Shown here in pieces: positions 1 through 8,849 of a DNA stretch of 63,831 nt. This DNA comes from an uncultured Gemmatimonadota bacterium (lineage in GTDB: Bacteria > Gemmatimonadota > Gemmatimonadetes > Gemmatimonadales > GWC2-71-9). Position 1 is the stretch's first letter; the number at the start of each line of letters is the position of its first letter. The translations under genes and the position numbers were made by a program. Where the stretch lies: positions 1-63,831 of the forward strand of contig CADEGB010000001.1 of NCBI GenBank assembly GCA_902826755.1, in the 5' to 3' direction. The notes beneath the pieces are model-generated. The model was not told the origin of the DNA and ran no database searches. It worked only from the letters and a program-made list of their open reading frames with translations.

Positions 1-1
1 G

Positions 2-3000
2 GCCAACGGCGCGACCGCCACGTTCACCGTGGTAGTGACCGGACCGGCCGCCGGCTCGATTACGAATCTCGCCGCCGCCGCCTCGGCCACGGCGGATCTC
101 AATCCGGGCAACAACAATGGATCGGCGGCGGCAAGCCGGGTCACCAGCACGGTGTCCGCGGCCGCCGACCTGGTCGTCACCAAGTCGGGACCGACCACCG
201 CCGCCGCTGGCACCACGATCAGTTACACGATCACGCTGACCAACGCCGGTCCCAACCCGGCCCCGACCGTGGTGCTTCGCGATAGCCTGCCGGCCAGCGG
301 CACCTTTCTGACCGTCACTGGCGGCGCCACGCGGTCGGGGCGGTTGCTGACCTGGCCGACCATCGGATCGCTCGCGAGCGGCGCCAGCCAGTCCTACACG
401 GTCACTTGGCGTGTGCCTGCCTCCGGCACCATCACCAATTTCGCGTTCGGATCCGCCGCCACCGGCGACCCGGATCCGACCAACAACGATGGCTCCGCGG
501 CCGCCAGCCGGGTGGTCACCACCATCACCACCGCCGCCGACGTGCAAACCACCCAGACCGGACCCGCATCCGTCGTGGCCGGCGGAACGATCACGTATCT
601 GGTGACGATCCGTAACAATGGGCCCAATCCCGCCACCGGCATCGTCGTGACCGACACCCTGCCGGCCGGCGTGACGCTGGTGAGCGTCACCAACGGCGGA
701 GTTCAGGCGGGGAGCGTCATTACCTGGCCGACGATCGCCACCATGGCGAGCGGCGCCTCGGTGACCTACACGGTCGTCGTCACCGGACCGGCGGCCGGCT
801 CGGTGACCAACGTGGTGGCCAGCACCGCCACCACCGCCGACGCGGTGCCTACGAACAACGACGGCAGCGCCGCGGCCGCGCGCGTCACCACCACCGTGGC
901 CGCCCCGGCGGATCTGGTGGTGACCAAGTCTGGCCCCGTCACCGCCCTGGGCGGCGACACCCTGGTCTACGACATCGCGGTCAGCAACAACGGCCCCAAC
1001 CCGGCCACTGGCGTTGTCGTAACCGACACCATGCCAAGCACGGTCACCTACCTCTCGGCCTCCGCTGGGGGCGTTCGGTCCGGACGGGTCGTTACCTGGC
1101 CCACCATCGCATCGCTGGCCGTCGGCGCCACCCAGACCTACACCGTCCGGGTCCGCGCGCCGGCCAGCGGCACGATCACCAACCTCGCGGCCGGCACCGC
1201 CACCACCGGCGACCCGGATCTCTCCAACAACGACGGCTCCAGCGCCGCCGGCCGCCTGTCCACGGTGGTGAGCGCCGCGGCCGACGTTCAGGTGACCCAG
1301 ACCGGCCCGATTACCGTGGCGCCGAATGGCACCCTGAGCTACACCATCACGGTCCGAAACAATGGTCTCAGCACCGCCACTGGCGTGGTGGTGACCGACA
1401 CCTTGCCGGCCGGCGTCACCTTCGTCTCCGCCACCTCCGGCGGAACGGCGGTTGGTGGCGTGATCACCTGGCCCGCCATCGCGAGCCTCGCCAACGGCGC
1501 CACCCAGACCTTGACGGTCACGGCCACCGCGCCGACCTCGGGAACCTTCACGACCATCGTGGCCGCCACCGGGACTCTCCCGGACAAGGTCCCGACCAAC
1601 AACGACGGCTCCGCCGCCGCCGCTCGCGTCACGACCACTGTCGCCACCACCGCTGACGTGGTCGCCACCGTGTCGGGCCCTGGCGCGGTCCCGTCGTCGG
1701 GCGTCTTCAACTACACCGTCACGCTGACCAACCTCGGCCCGAGCCCCGCGGTCAACGTGGTGCTGACGGACACGCTCCCGGCGGCCGTGTCCTTCGGCTC
1801 CGCCTCCGGTGGCGGCACGCTCGTCGGTTCCGTCGTGACCTGGCCCGTGGTGCCGGTTCTCGCGGCGGGGACCACCGTGACCCACACCGTCACGGTCACC
1901 GCGCCGGTGACCGGTAGTTTCGTCAATGTCGTCGCCGCCACAGCGGCCACCACCGATGGCGACTCGAGCAACAACGACGGCTCTCCGCCGAACGGACGGG
2001 TCACCACCACCGTGGCGCCAGTGGCCGACGTGGTCATCACCAAAACCGGTCCGGGCACCGTGCTCGCCAATGGCACGGTCAACTACACCATCACGATCAG
2101 CAATAACGGACCGGCCACCGCCACCGGCATCGTGGTCATCGACAGTTTGCCGCCCGGAGTCACCAGCGTGCTCGCCTCGGACGGCGGCGCCTACGGCGAA
2201 GGCATCCTGGTCTGGCCGGCCATCGCCTCCCTCGCCGTCGGCGCCACCCGGACCTACACGGTGTCGGCAAGGGCCCCGGAGGTCGGGCCAATGGTCAACA
2301 TCGTGGCCGGTCAGACGACCACCGCCGACTCCACGCCCGGCAACAACGACGGATCGAGCGGACCCGGACGCGTCATCACCAACGTCACCGAGGTGGCTGA
2401 CGTGGTGGCCACCAAGACCGGCCCCGCCACCGCCGCGCCCGGCGGATCCATCACCTACACGATCACGGTGGTCAACAACGGACCGAGCCCGGCCAGCAAC
2501 GTCGTCATCACCGACACGCTGCCCGGAGCCGTGACCTTCGTGAGCGCGTCGAACGGCGGGACCCGGAGCGGAGCCGTCATCACCTGGCCCACCATTCCGA
2601 CCCTGGCGATCGGCTCGAGCGTCACCTACACGGTGGTCGTCACCGCGCCGACCAGCTCCGCCACCTTCACCGCGGTGACCGCCAGTACCGCCACCACGCT
2701 CGACCCGGACGGGACCAACAATGACGGATCGGCGTCTGCCGCTCGCGTGACGACGACAGTCACCGCCCTCGTGGCTGACGTGGCGGTCACCAAGACCGGA
2801 CCCGGGTCGGTGGCCCCGAACGGGAGTCTGAGCTACACGATCGTCGTCTCCAACGTTGGACCAGACCCGGCGACCAGCGTGGTGGTGACCGACACGCTGC
2901 CGGTGGGGATGACCTTTGTCAGCGCTTCCGCCGGTGGCACCGCCTCGGGTCGAGTGGTGACCTGGCCCACCATTGCCACCCTCGCCGCGGGCACCAGCCA

Positions 3001-4618
3001 GACGTTGACGATCACCGCCACCGCGCCGGCCTCGGGCGGGCCGTTCCTCAACCTGGCGGCAGCCACCAGCACCACTCCCGATCCCGTCCCCGGGAACAAC
3101 GACGGCTCTGCCGCCGCGGCGCGCGTTTCCACCGTGCTGGCGCCGGCCACTGCTGACGTCGCGGTCACCAAGACAGGCGCGACCGCGGTGCTGCCGAACG
3201 GCACCGTGACCTACACGATCGTGGCCTCGAACCAGGGGCCGGGCACCGCCGCCGCCGTCGTGGTCACCGACACGCTGCCGGCCGAAGTCTCCGTGATTAG
3301 CGTCAGCCACGGCGCCACGCAGACCGGAACCGTGCTCACGTGGCCGGCGGTGAGCCTGCCGGCCGGCTCCACCATCACCTACACCCTGACCGTTCGCGCC
3401 CCCGCGGCGGGCTCGTTCACCAACCGGGTCGCTGCCACCAGCCCGACGCCGGATCCCGACCCAACCAACAACGACGGATCGGCCACCGCCGCGCGTGTCA
3501 CCACCATCGTCACGCCCACGGCCGACGTGGTCGCATCGAAGGTCGGTCCGGCCACCGCCACGCCCGGCGGCGCGGTGACGTACACCATCACCGTCCGCAA
3601 TGACGGACCCGCGGTGGCCACCGACGTCATGATCACCGACACCCTCCCGGCGGGGGCGACGTTCAGTGCCGCCTCCGGCGGCGGGGTTGAAGCGGGCGGC
3701 ATCGTGACCTGGCCCGTCATTCCCAGCCTCGCCAACGGCGCCAGCGTCCAGTACACGATCACGCTGATCGCGCCCAACGCCACGGCCATGGTCAACGTCG
3801 TCGCCGCCACGACCAGTTCGGTCGATCCCGATCCGACCAACAACAACGGGTCGGCCGGCAACGGTCGCGCGGCCACGACCATTCAGGCCCAGGCGGACCT
3901 GGTGGTGACCAAGACCGGCCCGGGGGCCGCGGCCATCGGAGAGGTCGTGAGCTACACGATCTCCGTCTCCAACGACGGCCCCAACGCCGCCAGTTCAGTG
4001 GTGGTCACCGACACCCTGCCCGCTGGCTCGGAGTTCGTCCAGGCATCGGCCGGCGGTACCGTGGCGGGCTCGGTGGTGACCTGGCCCACCATCGCCACCC
4101 TGGCCAACGGCGAGTCGGTGAGCTACACCGTGTCGATCCGGCCGACGGTGGCCGGGTCGATCACCAACGTCGCCGCCGGTACCTCGGCCACGCTCGATCC
4201 CGACGCCGCCAACAACGACGGGTCGAGCGGTACTGGGCGGGTGGTGACCGCGGTCGTCGATCGTGCTGACGTGGTCGTCACCAAGACCGCCCCGGCCGTG
4301 GTCGACGCCGGCGGCGCGTTGACCTATACCATCACCCTTACCAATCGAGGCCCGGCCCCGGCCGCCACCGTGGTCGTGACGGACACCCTCCCGGCCGCGG
4401 TGACGTTCGTCTCGGCGTCCGATGGCGGAATCCGAACCGGTCGAGTCATCGGGTGGCCCGCGGTCGCAAGCCTGGCCGTGGGACAAGTGGTCACCTATTC
4501 GGTCGTGGTCACCGCCCCGCTCAGCGGCTCGGTCACCAACGTCGTGGCCGCCACCAGTACCACGCCCGACTCCGACCCGACCAACAACGACGGATCCGCC
4601 GCCCCGGCCCGGCCCACC
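2..4618 (+). repeat. Tandem in-frame coding repeats, period about 372-375 nt (DUF11 modules), at least 12.5 copies in the window
   Basis: The ADxxVTKxGP module starts are spaced about 123-125 aa apart. The periodicity also shows on the opposite strand as three spurious ORFs of exactly 372 nt (1339-1710, 1711-2082, 2833-3204). Confidence 0.9.
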
Positions 4619-7600
4619 ACGGCGGTGCGCCCCGTGGACGTAGCGCTCACCAAGTCCCATGTGGGCGCCTTCACCGTCGGCACCCAGGTCAGCTACACCC
4701 TCGAGGTGCGGAACGTCGGATCCGTCGCTACCCGCGGACCGCTCACCGTCGTCGATACCCTGGCCGCTGGCGTCCGCTTCGTCACGGCCACGGGGACGGG
4801 ATGGACTTGCGCGGCCGTCGGCCAGGTGGTGAGCTGCCAGTATCCGAACATCCTGGAACCGGCCGCGGCGGCTTCGTTCGAGCTGGCCGTCACCATCACC
4901 GGCACCGCCGCGGCAAGCCTCCAGAATCGCGCCCACGTCACGACGGCCGGCGACGAGGGCCCAGGTGGCAACAACACCGGGACCGACCTGGCCGAGGTGA
5001 TCCAGCTCTCGCCGCTGGTGGTCGAGAAGCGGGCCACCCGCCCCGAAGCCGAGGTCGGAGATCTGGTCGAGTACCAAGTCGACGTGAGCAACGTGGCGTC
5101 GACCCCGATCCCCGGCGTCGTGCTCCACGATGTGCTCCCGCTCGGCTTCACCTACGTGGCGGGTACTGCCCGGCTCGGCGGCGTGCCCCTGCCCGACCCC
5201 GTCGGTGGCATCGGCCCTCGGCTCGATTTCGCGATCGGAGTCGTGGCGGGTAACCAGACGGTCACCCTCCGATACCGCCTCCGGGTCGGCCCCGGCGCGA
5301 CCGCCGGCACTGGCGTCAACACCGTCCAGGCGGAAAGCCCCATCACCGGTGCGGTCTCGGCATTCGCCACGGCCCGGATTCGGATCCAGGGAGGCGTCTT
5401 CTCGGACCGCGGCTTCATTGTCGGCAAGGTGGCCGTTCAGTATGACAGCGCCGGAGCCCGCCGCGACTTGGGGATCCCCGGCGTTCGCGTCCTGCTCTCC
5501 GACGGCACCTCGGCCATCACCGACGAGGAGGGCAAATACAGCTTTGCCGGTCTGGCCGCCGAGCTTCACGTCGTCAAGGTCGACCGGACCACCCTGCCAC
5601 CGGAGGTCCGCCTGTCGGTCACCAACGCGCGCCAGGCCGGCAGCGCCGAGACCCGGTTCGTGGATCTCCAGTACGGCGAACTCCAGCGCGCTGACTTCTT
5701 GATGCGCGACACGCTGCCGTCGGGCGCGGTCGACGCCGTTCGCCAGCGCCGCGACGGCGTTACCGAGATCATCGCGGCCATTCCAGACACCGCGGCGGTC
5801 ACCATTCCAGGGGATCGCCTCGTAACCGGCGTCCCGGATCGGGCCGGCCGGTCCCGCCAGCCTTCCGATAGCGCGGGAACATCCGGCGTCTACCAGTCCG
5901 TCACGAGCGGGCTCTCGTCCTCCATCGGCGAGCGACAGGGCCTGACCAAGGTGCTCCTGGCCGAACGGACGGAGCTCGATCGGCCGGCCGGCGCCCGGAT
6001 CGCGATGACGGTCCCGGGCCGGGGCGTACCCGCCGACGGCCACAGCATCGTGGCGGTCAAGGTCCGGCTTCTCGATCCGACCAACCAACCGATCCTGGGC
6101 CCGGTACCCGCCACCCTCGAGGCGAGCCTTGGTCGCTGGCAGGTGGAGGATCGGGATCCGGTCGAGCCGGGCATTCAGACGGTCATCGAGGGTGGTGAGG
6201 TCACCTATGGTCTCGTTGCCGCCACTCGGGAAGGACTCGGCGAACTGCGGATCACCACCGACCAGACCAGTCAGCGGGCCGAGGTGGCGTTCCTGCCCGC
6301 GGCACGGCCGATGATCGCGGCCGGTCTCGTCCAAGGTCGGATCGATCTCCGATCGCTGACGAAGGGGAGCCTCGTGTCCGCCACGCCGGCGGATGGATTC
6401 GAGCAGGAGCTTCAGGCCATCGCGACCAGTTCCGAGGACGGTCTCGATCGAGCCTCCGGCCGCGCCGCCGGATATCTCCGCGGCAAGATCCAGGGCAAAT
6501 ACCTCCTGACGGCGGCCTTTGACAGCGAACGGGATCCCGACGCGCGACTGTTCCGCGACATCCGGCCGGAGGAGTTCTATCCGGTCTACGGCGATGCCTC
6601 GGTGCGCGAGTACGGCGCCCAGTCGTCCGAACGCCTCTATGTCCGAATCGACAAGGATCGGAACTACTTCCTCTATGGCGACTTCGAGACGACGCCGGCC
6701 ACCACTAGCCGGGAACTGGGGTCTTACCTGCGGACGCTGACCGGCGCGGTGCAGCATCTCGAGAGCGAACGGATGAGCGCCACCGCGTTCGCGACCCGGT
6801 CGCGCGCCAACCAGCTCGTGGAGGAACTGCCCGGTCGGGGCGTATCGGGACCATACGCCCTGTCCCGAGCCGACGGACTGATCAACAGTGAACGGGTCGA
6901 GCTGGTGACCCGGGATCGGAATCAGCCGAGCCGCATTCTCAAGCTCGAACCGCAGCGACGGTACGCCGACTATTCGCTCGAGCCGTTCACCGGACGAATC
7001 CTTTTCCGGCGCCCGATTCCGAGCGTCGACGGGGACCTCAATCCGATCTCGGTCCGGGTGAGCTACGAGATCGAACGGGGCGGCGACTCATACTGGGTGG
7101 TTGGAGCTGACGCGCAGGTCAAACTCGGCCGGCGGGTCGAAGTGGGTGGCGGGCTGGTTGATGAAGATGATCCGCTCGCGCCGTTCCGACTGCTCACCCT
7201 GAACGGCACCGTCGCGCTCGGTCGGGGAACGACGGTAACGGGCGAGTGGGCCCGGACCGACCTTCGTGGCATCGACGGGGCCGCCGGTCGGATCGAATTC
7301 CGGCACGCGTCCCGCCGGTTCGACGTCTTCGCCTTCGGCGCCGAGAGTGGGCTCGACTTCGCCAACCGGTCGTCGACCTTCCAACCCGGGCGTCGCGAAC
7401 TCGGCGTGCGGGGTGGCTTCAGCCTCGACGAACGGACCAGGCTCCGAGGGGAGTGGCTCCGGAGCGAGAGCAAATCGAGCGGCGGCAGCCGGGACGGCGC
7501 CCTGCTGGCCATCGAGCGGCAGTTCGGACGCCAGCTCCGCTGGGAAGTCGGCTACCGATATGGCAGCGAAACCGTCCAGCCGGTGGCTCCCTCCACCGTG

Positions 7601-7966
7601 GCCGCGTCACCGAACAGCACCAACGCGCTCCACCTCCGGGTCACCTGGGACCTCCTGGCGCGGGACAGCGCGGCGGGTGTGGGTCGTAGTCGGCGCGGGT
7701 CGGTCTTTGCCGAGTTCGACCAGGATCTGGCCGAGTCCGATCAGCGCCGCGGCGCCATCGGGGCGGAGTACCTGTTGATGCGCCGGCTCCGGCTCTTTGG
7801 CCGGCACGAGTTCCTGTCGTCCTTTGCCGGCCCCTACGCTCTCAACCAGGATCAGCGGAGTCAGGCTGGGTCGTCGGGTTCGGCGCGGGGTACGGCGACG
7901 ATGGGCAGGTCTTCAGTGAGTACCGGCTCCGCGATGGCCTCTCGGGTCGGGACGGCGAGGCCGTGA
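2..7966 (+). CDS. Giant surface/secreted repeat protein, 5'-truncated by the window edge. It has at least 13 tandem DUF11-type ('conserved repeat domain') Ig-like modules. These are followed by Cys-containing DUF11 variants, an SdrD-B/carboxypeptidase-regulatory-like module, a Big-like module and a beta-strand-rich C-terminal region.
   Basis: Frame 2 is open from nt 2. Nt 2-28 encode ANGATATFT, which continues the repeat (compare MASGASVTYTVVVTGPAAGSVTN), so the true start lies left of the window. The module consensus AD[LV]xVTK[TS]GP..YTIxVxNxGPxxA..VVTDTLPxGVTFVS..WPxIxxLAxG..TNxA..DPxxxNNDGS recurs about every 124 aa. Later motifs are GIPGVRVLLSDGTSAITDEEGKYSFAGL (SdrD-B-like) and GHSIVAVKVRLLDPTNQPILG (Big-like). 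Confidence 0.85.
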   Translation, partial: ANGATATFTVVVTGPAAGSITNLAAAASATADLNPGNNNGSAAASRVTSTVSAAADLVVTKSGPTTAAAGTTISYTITLTNAGPNPAPTVVLRDSLPASGTFLTVTGGATRSGRLLTWPTIGSLASGASQSYTVTWRVPASGTITNFAFGSAATGDPDPTNNDGSAAASRVVTTITTAADVQTTQTGPASVVAGGTITYLVTIRNNGPNPATGIVVTDTLPAGVTLVSVTNGGVQAGSVITWPTIATMASGASVTYTVVVTGPAAGSVTNVVASTATTADAVPTNNDGSAAAARVTTTVAAPADLVVTKSGPVTALGGDTLVYDIAVSNNGPNPATGVVVTDTMPSTVTYLSASAGGVRSGRVVTWPTIASLAVGATQTYTVRVRAPASGTITNLAAGTATTGDPDLSNNDGSSAAGRLSTVVSAAADVQVTQTGPITVAPNGTLSYTITVRNNGLSTATGVVVTDTLPAGVTFVSATSGGTAVGGVITWPAIASLANGATQTLTVTATAPTSGTFTTIVAATGTLPDKVPTNNDGSAAAARVTTTVATTADVVATVSGPGAVPSSGVFNYTVTLTNLGPSPAVNVVLTDTLPAAVSFGSASGGGTLVGSVVTWPVVPVLAAGTTVTHTVTVTAPVTGSFVNVVAATAATTDGDSSNNDGSPPNGRVTTTVAPVADVVITKTGPGTVLANGTVNYTITISNNGPATATGIVVIDSLPPGVTSVLASDGGAYGEGILVWPAIASLAVGATRTYTVSARAPEVGPMVNIVAGQTTTADSTPGNNDGSSGPGRVITNVTEVADVVATKTGPATAAPGGSITYTITVVNNGPSPASNVVITDTLPGAVTFVSASNGGTRSGAVITWPTIPTLAIGSSVTYTVVVTAPTSSATFTAVTASTATTLDPDGTNNDGSASAARVTTTVTALVADVAVTKTGPGSVAPNGSLSYTIVVSNVGPDPATSVVVTDTLPVGMTFVSASAGGTASGRVVTWPTIATLAAGTSQTLTITATAPASGGPFLNLAAATSTTPDPVPGNNDGSAAAARVSTVLAPATADVAVTKTGATAVLPNGTVTYTIVASNQGPGTAAAVVVTDTLPAEVSVISVSHGATQTGTVLTWPAVSLPAGSTITYTLTVRAPAAGSFTNRVAATSPTPDPDPTNNDGSATAARVTTIVTPTADVVASKVGPATATPGGAVTYTITVRNDGPAVATDVMITDTLPAGATFSAASGGGVEAGGIVTWPVIPSLANGASVQYTITLIAPNATAMVNVVAATTSSVDPDPTNNNGSAGNGRAATTIQAQADLVVTKTGPGAAAIGEVVSYTISVSNDGPNAASSVVVTDTLPAGSEFVQASAGGTVAGSVVTWPTIATLANGESVSYTVSIRPTVAGSITNVAAGTSATLDPDAANNDGSSGTGRVVTAVVDRADVVVTKTAPAVVDAGGALTYTITLTNRGPAPAATVVVTDTLPAAVTFVSASDGGIRTGRVIGWPAVASLAVGQVVTYSVVVTAPLSGSVTNVVAATSTTPDSDPTNNDGSAAPARPTTAVRPVDVALTKSHVGAFTVGTQVSYTLEVRNVGSVATRGPLTVVDTLAAGVRFVTATGTGWTCAAVGQVVSCQYPNILEPAAAASFELAVTITGTAAASLQNRAHVTTAGDEGPGGNNTGTDLAEVIQLSPLVVEKRATRPEAEVGDLVEYQVDVSNVASTPIPGVVLHDVLPLGFTYVAGTARLGGVPLPDPVGGIGPRLDFAIGVVAGNQTVTLRYRLRVGPGATAGTGVNTVQAESPITGAVSAFATARIRIQGGVFSDRGFIVGKVAVQYDSAGARRDLGIPGVRVLLSDGTSAITDEEGKYSFAGLAAELHVVKVDRTTLPPEVRLSVTNARQAGSAETRFVDLQYGELQRADFLMRDTLPSGAVDAVRQRRDGVTEIIAAIPDTAAVTIPGDRLVTGVPDRAGRSRQPSDSAGTSGVYQSVTSGLSSSIGERQGLTKVLLAERTELDRPAGARIAMTVPGRGVPADGHSIVAVKVRLLDPTNQPILGPVPATLEASLGRWQVEDRDPVEPGIQTVIEGGEVTYGLVAATREGLGELRITTDQTSQRAEVAFLPAARPMIAAGLVQGRIDLRSLTKGSLVSATPADGFEQELQAIATSSEDGLDRASGRAAGYLRGKIQGKYLLTAAFDSERDPDARLFRDIRPEEFYPVYGDASVREYGAQSSERLYVRIDKDRNYFLYGDFETTPATTSRELGSYLRTLTGAVQHLESERMSATAFATRSRANQLVEELPGRGVSGPYALSRADGLINSERVELVTRDRNQPSRILKLEPQRRYADYSLEPFTGRILFRRPIPSVDGDLNPISVRVSYEIERGGDSYWVVGADAQVKLGRRVEVGGGLVDEDDPLAPFRLLTLNGTVALGRGTTVTGEWARTDLRGIDGAAGRIEFRHASRRFDVFAFGAESGLDFANRSSTFQPGRRELGVRGGFSLDERTRLRGEWLRSESKSSGGSRDGALLAIERQFGRQLRWEVGYRYGSETVQPVAPSTVAASPNSTNALHLRVTWDLLARDSAAGVGRSRRGSVFAEFDQDLAESDQRRGAIGAEYLLMRRLRLFGRHEFLSSFAGPYALNQDQRSQAGSSGSARGTATMGRSSVSTGSAMASRVGTARP

Positions 7967-8808
7967 TCGGACTTCGGAATCGTTGGACCCTGGCGCGCGG
8001 CCTTCGGGTCGACGCCTCGTTCGAGCGGATTCATCGAACCGCCGGGACCACCAGCCTGAGTGGCGAGGGCACCGCCATCGCCGGCGCGCTCGAATACAGC
8101 GTCAGCCCGCTCTGGCGCGGGACCGCCCGACTCGAGTACCGGGACGATCAGACGGTCGGCGGCAGTTGGCTCGGCACGCTCGGCTATGCCCGGAAGCTCT
8201 CGGCCGATTGGACCACCTTGGGCCGGGTCTACTGGAACGATCTCGGCAATGACCAGGTCCGCACTCGAGGGCAGCTCGGGCTCGCGTGGCGGCAGACCGG
8301 CCGCACTGACTGGAATGGTCTCGCCCGCTACGAGCGGACCTTCGAGCGAGTCGGGGCTCTTGCCGGGACAGGGCTCACCACCCATGGGGTCGACGTCATC
8401 TCCGCCCACCTCAACTGGCAAGCCACCGACGGTCTGACGCTGACCGGCCGGTGGGCGGCCAAGTGGGCCGCGGACAGCATCGACCGGGCCCGAACGTCCA
8501 GTCGCGCGACCCTCGCAATGATCCGCGGTATTCAGGATCTCGGCCGATCGTGGGACCTCGGCGGCACCGCCAGCCTTTTTACCGCCAACCAGGGCGGGGG
8601 TCGCCGTGTCGGGGTCGGCATCGAGGTGGGCCGACGTCTCGTCGATGACCTTCGCATCGGTCTCGGCTACAACGTCTTTGGTTTCCGTGACCGCGATCTC
8701 CGCGACACGGAGTACACGATGAAGGGACTCTATCTCCGCCTCGACTACAAGTTCGACGAGTCCCTGTTCGGAGGTGACGAGCGCCCAGCCCGGCCGTCCA
8801 ACCCTTGA
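7963..8808 (+). CDS. Beta-strand-rich OMP-like segment. It is either a separate porin-like protein or, more likely, the frame-displaced C-terminus of the giant protein.
   Basis: The GTG start overlaps the TGA of the giant ORF (GTGA at 7963-7966). The sequence has an alternating hydrophobic/polar pattern rich in G/Y/R/D/W and ends in GLYLRLDYKF plus a 17-aa tail, like an OMP terminal strand. Frame 1 reads as plausible protein upstream of the GTG back to about 7861 (SGWVVGFGAGYGDDGQVFSEYRLRDGLSGRDGEAV). Confidence 0.6.
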   Translation: MIGLRNRWTLARGLRVDASFERIHRTAGTTSLSGEGTAIAGALEYSVSPLWRGTARLEYRDDQTVGGSWLGTLGYARKLSADWTTLGRVYWNDLGNDQVRTRGQLGLAWRQTGRTDWNGLARYERTFERVGALAGTGLTTHGVDVISAHLNWQATDGLTLTGRWAAKWAADSIDRARTSSRATLAMIRGIQDLGRSWDLGGTASLFTANQGGGRRVGVGIEVGRRLVDDLRIGLGYNVFGFRDRDLRDTEYTMKGLYLRLDYKFDESLFGGDERPARPSNP

Positions 8809-8849
8809 CCGGGCTTGACCGGGTTGGTCGCCGAGGCGCATACTCTCGG

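Noticed and set aside
1339-3204. Regular 372-nt spacing of features, briefly considered as a CRISPR-like or satellite array
   Set aside because: The unit is far longer than CRISPR repeat-spacer units. There are no short identical direct repeats. The periodicity is fully explained by in-frame protein-domain repeats.
3995-6757. 920-aa minus-strand ORF inside the giant repeat gene
   Set aside because: It is antisense to a strongly supported repeat-protein frame. The translation is R/G/D/P/A-rich low-complexity sequence with no motifs. This is a typical stop-poor shadow ORF in high-G+C DNA.
7850-7866. Programmed -1 ribosomal frameshift at the giant-gene frame break
   Set aside because: I see no X XXY YYZ slippery heptamer and no obvious downstream stimulatory hairpin. 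An indel, real or technical, is the simpler explanation and is kept only as a minor alternative in the finding.
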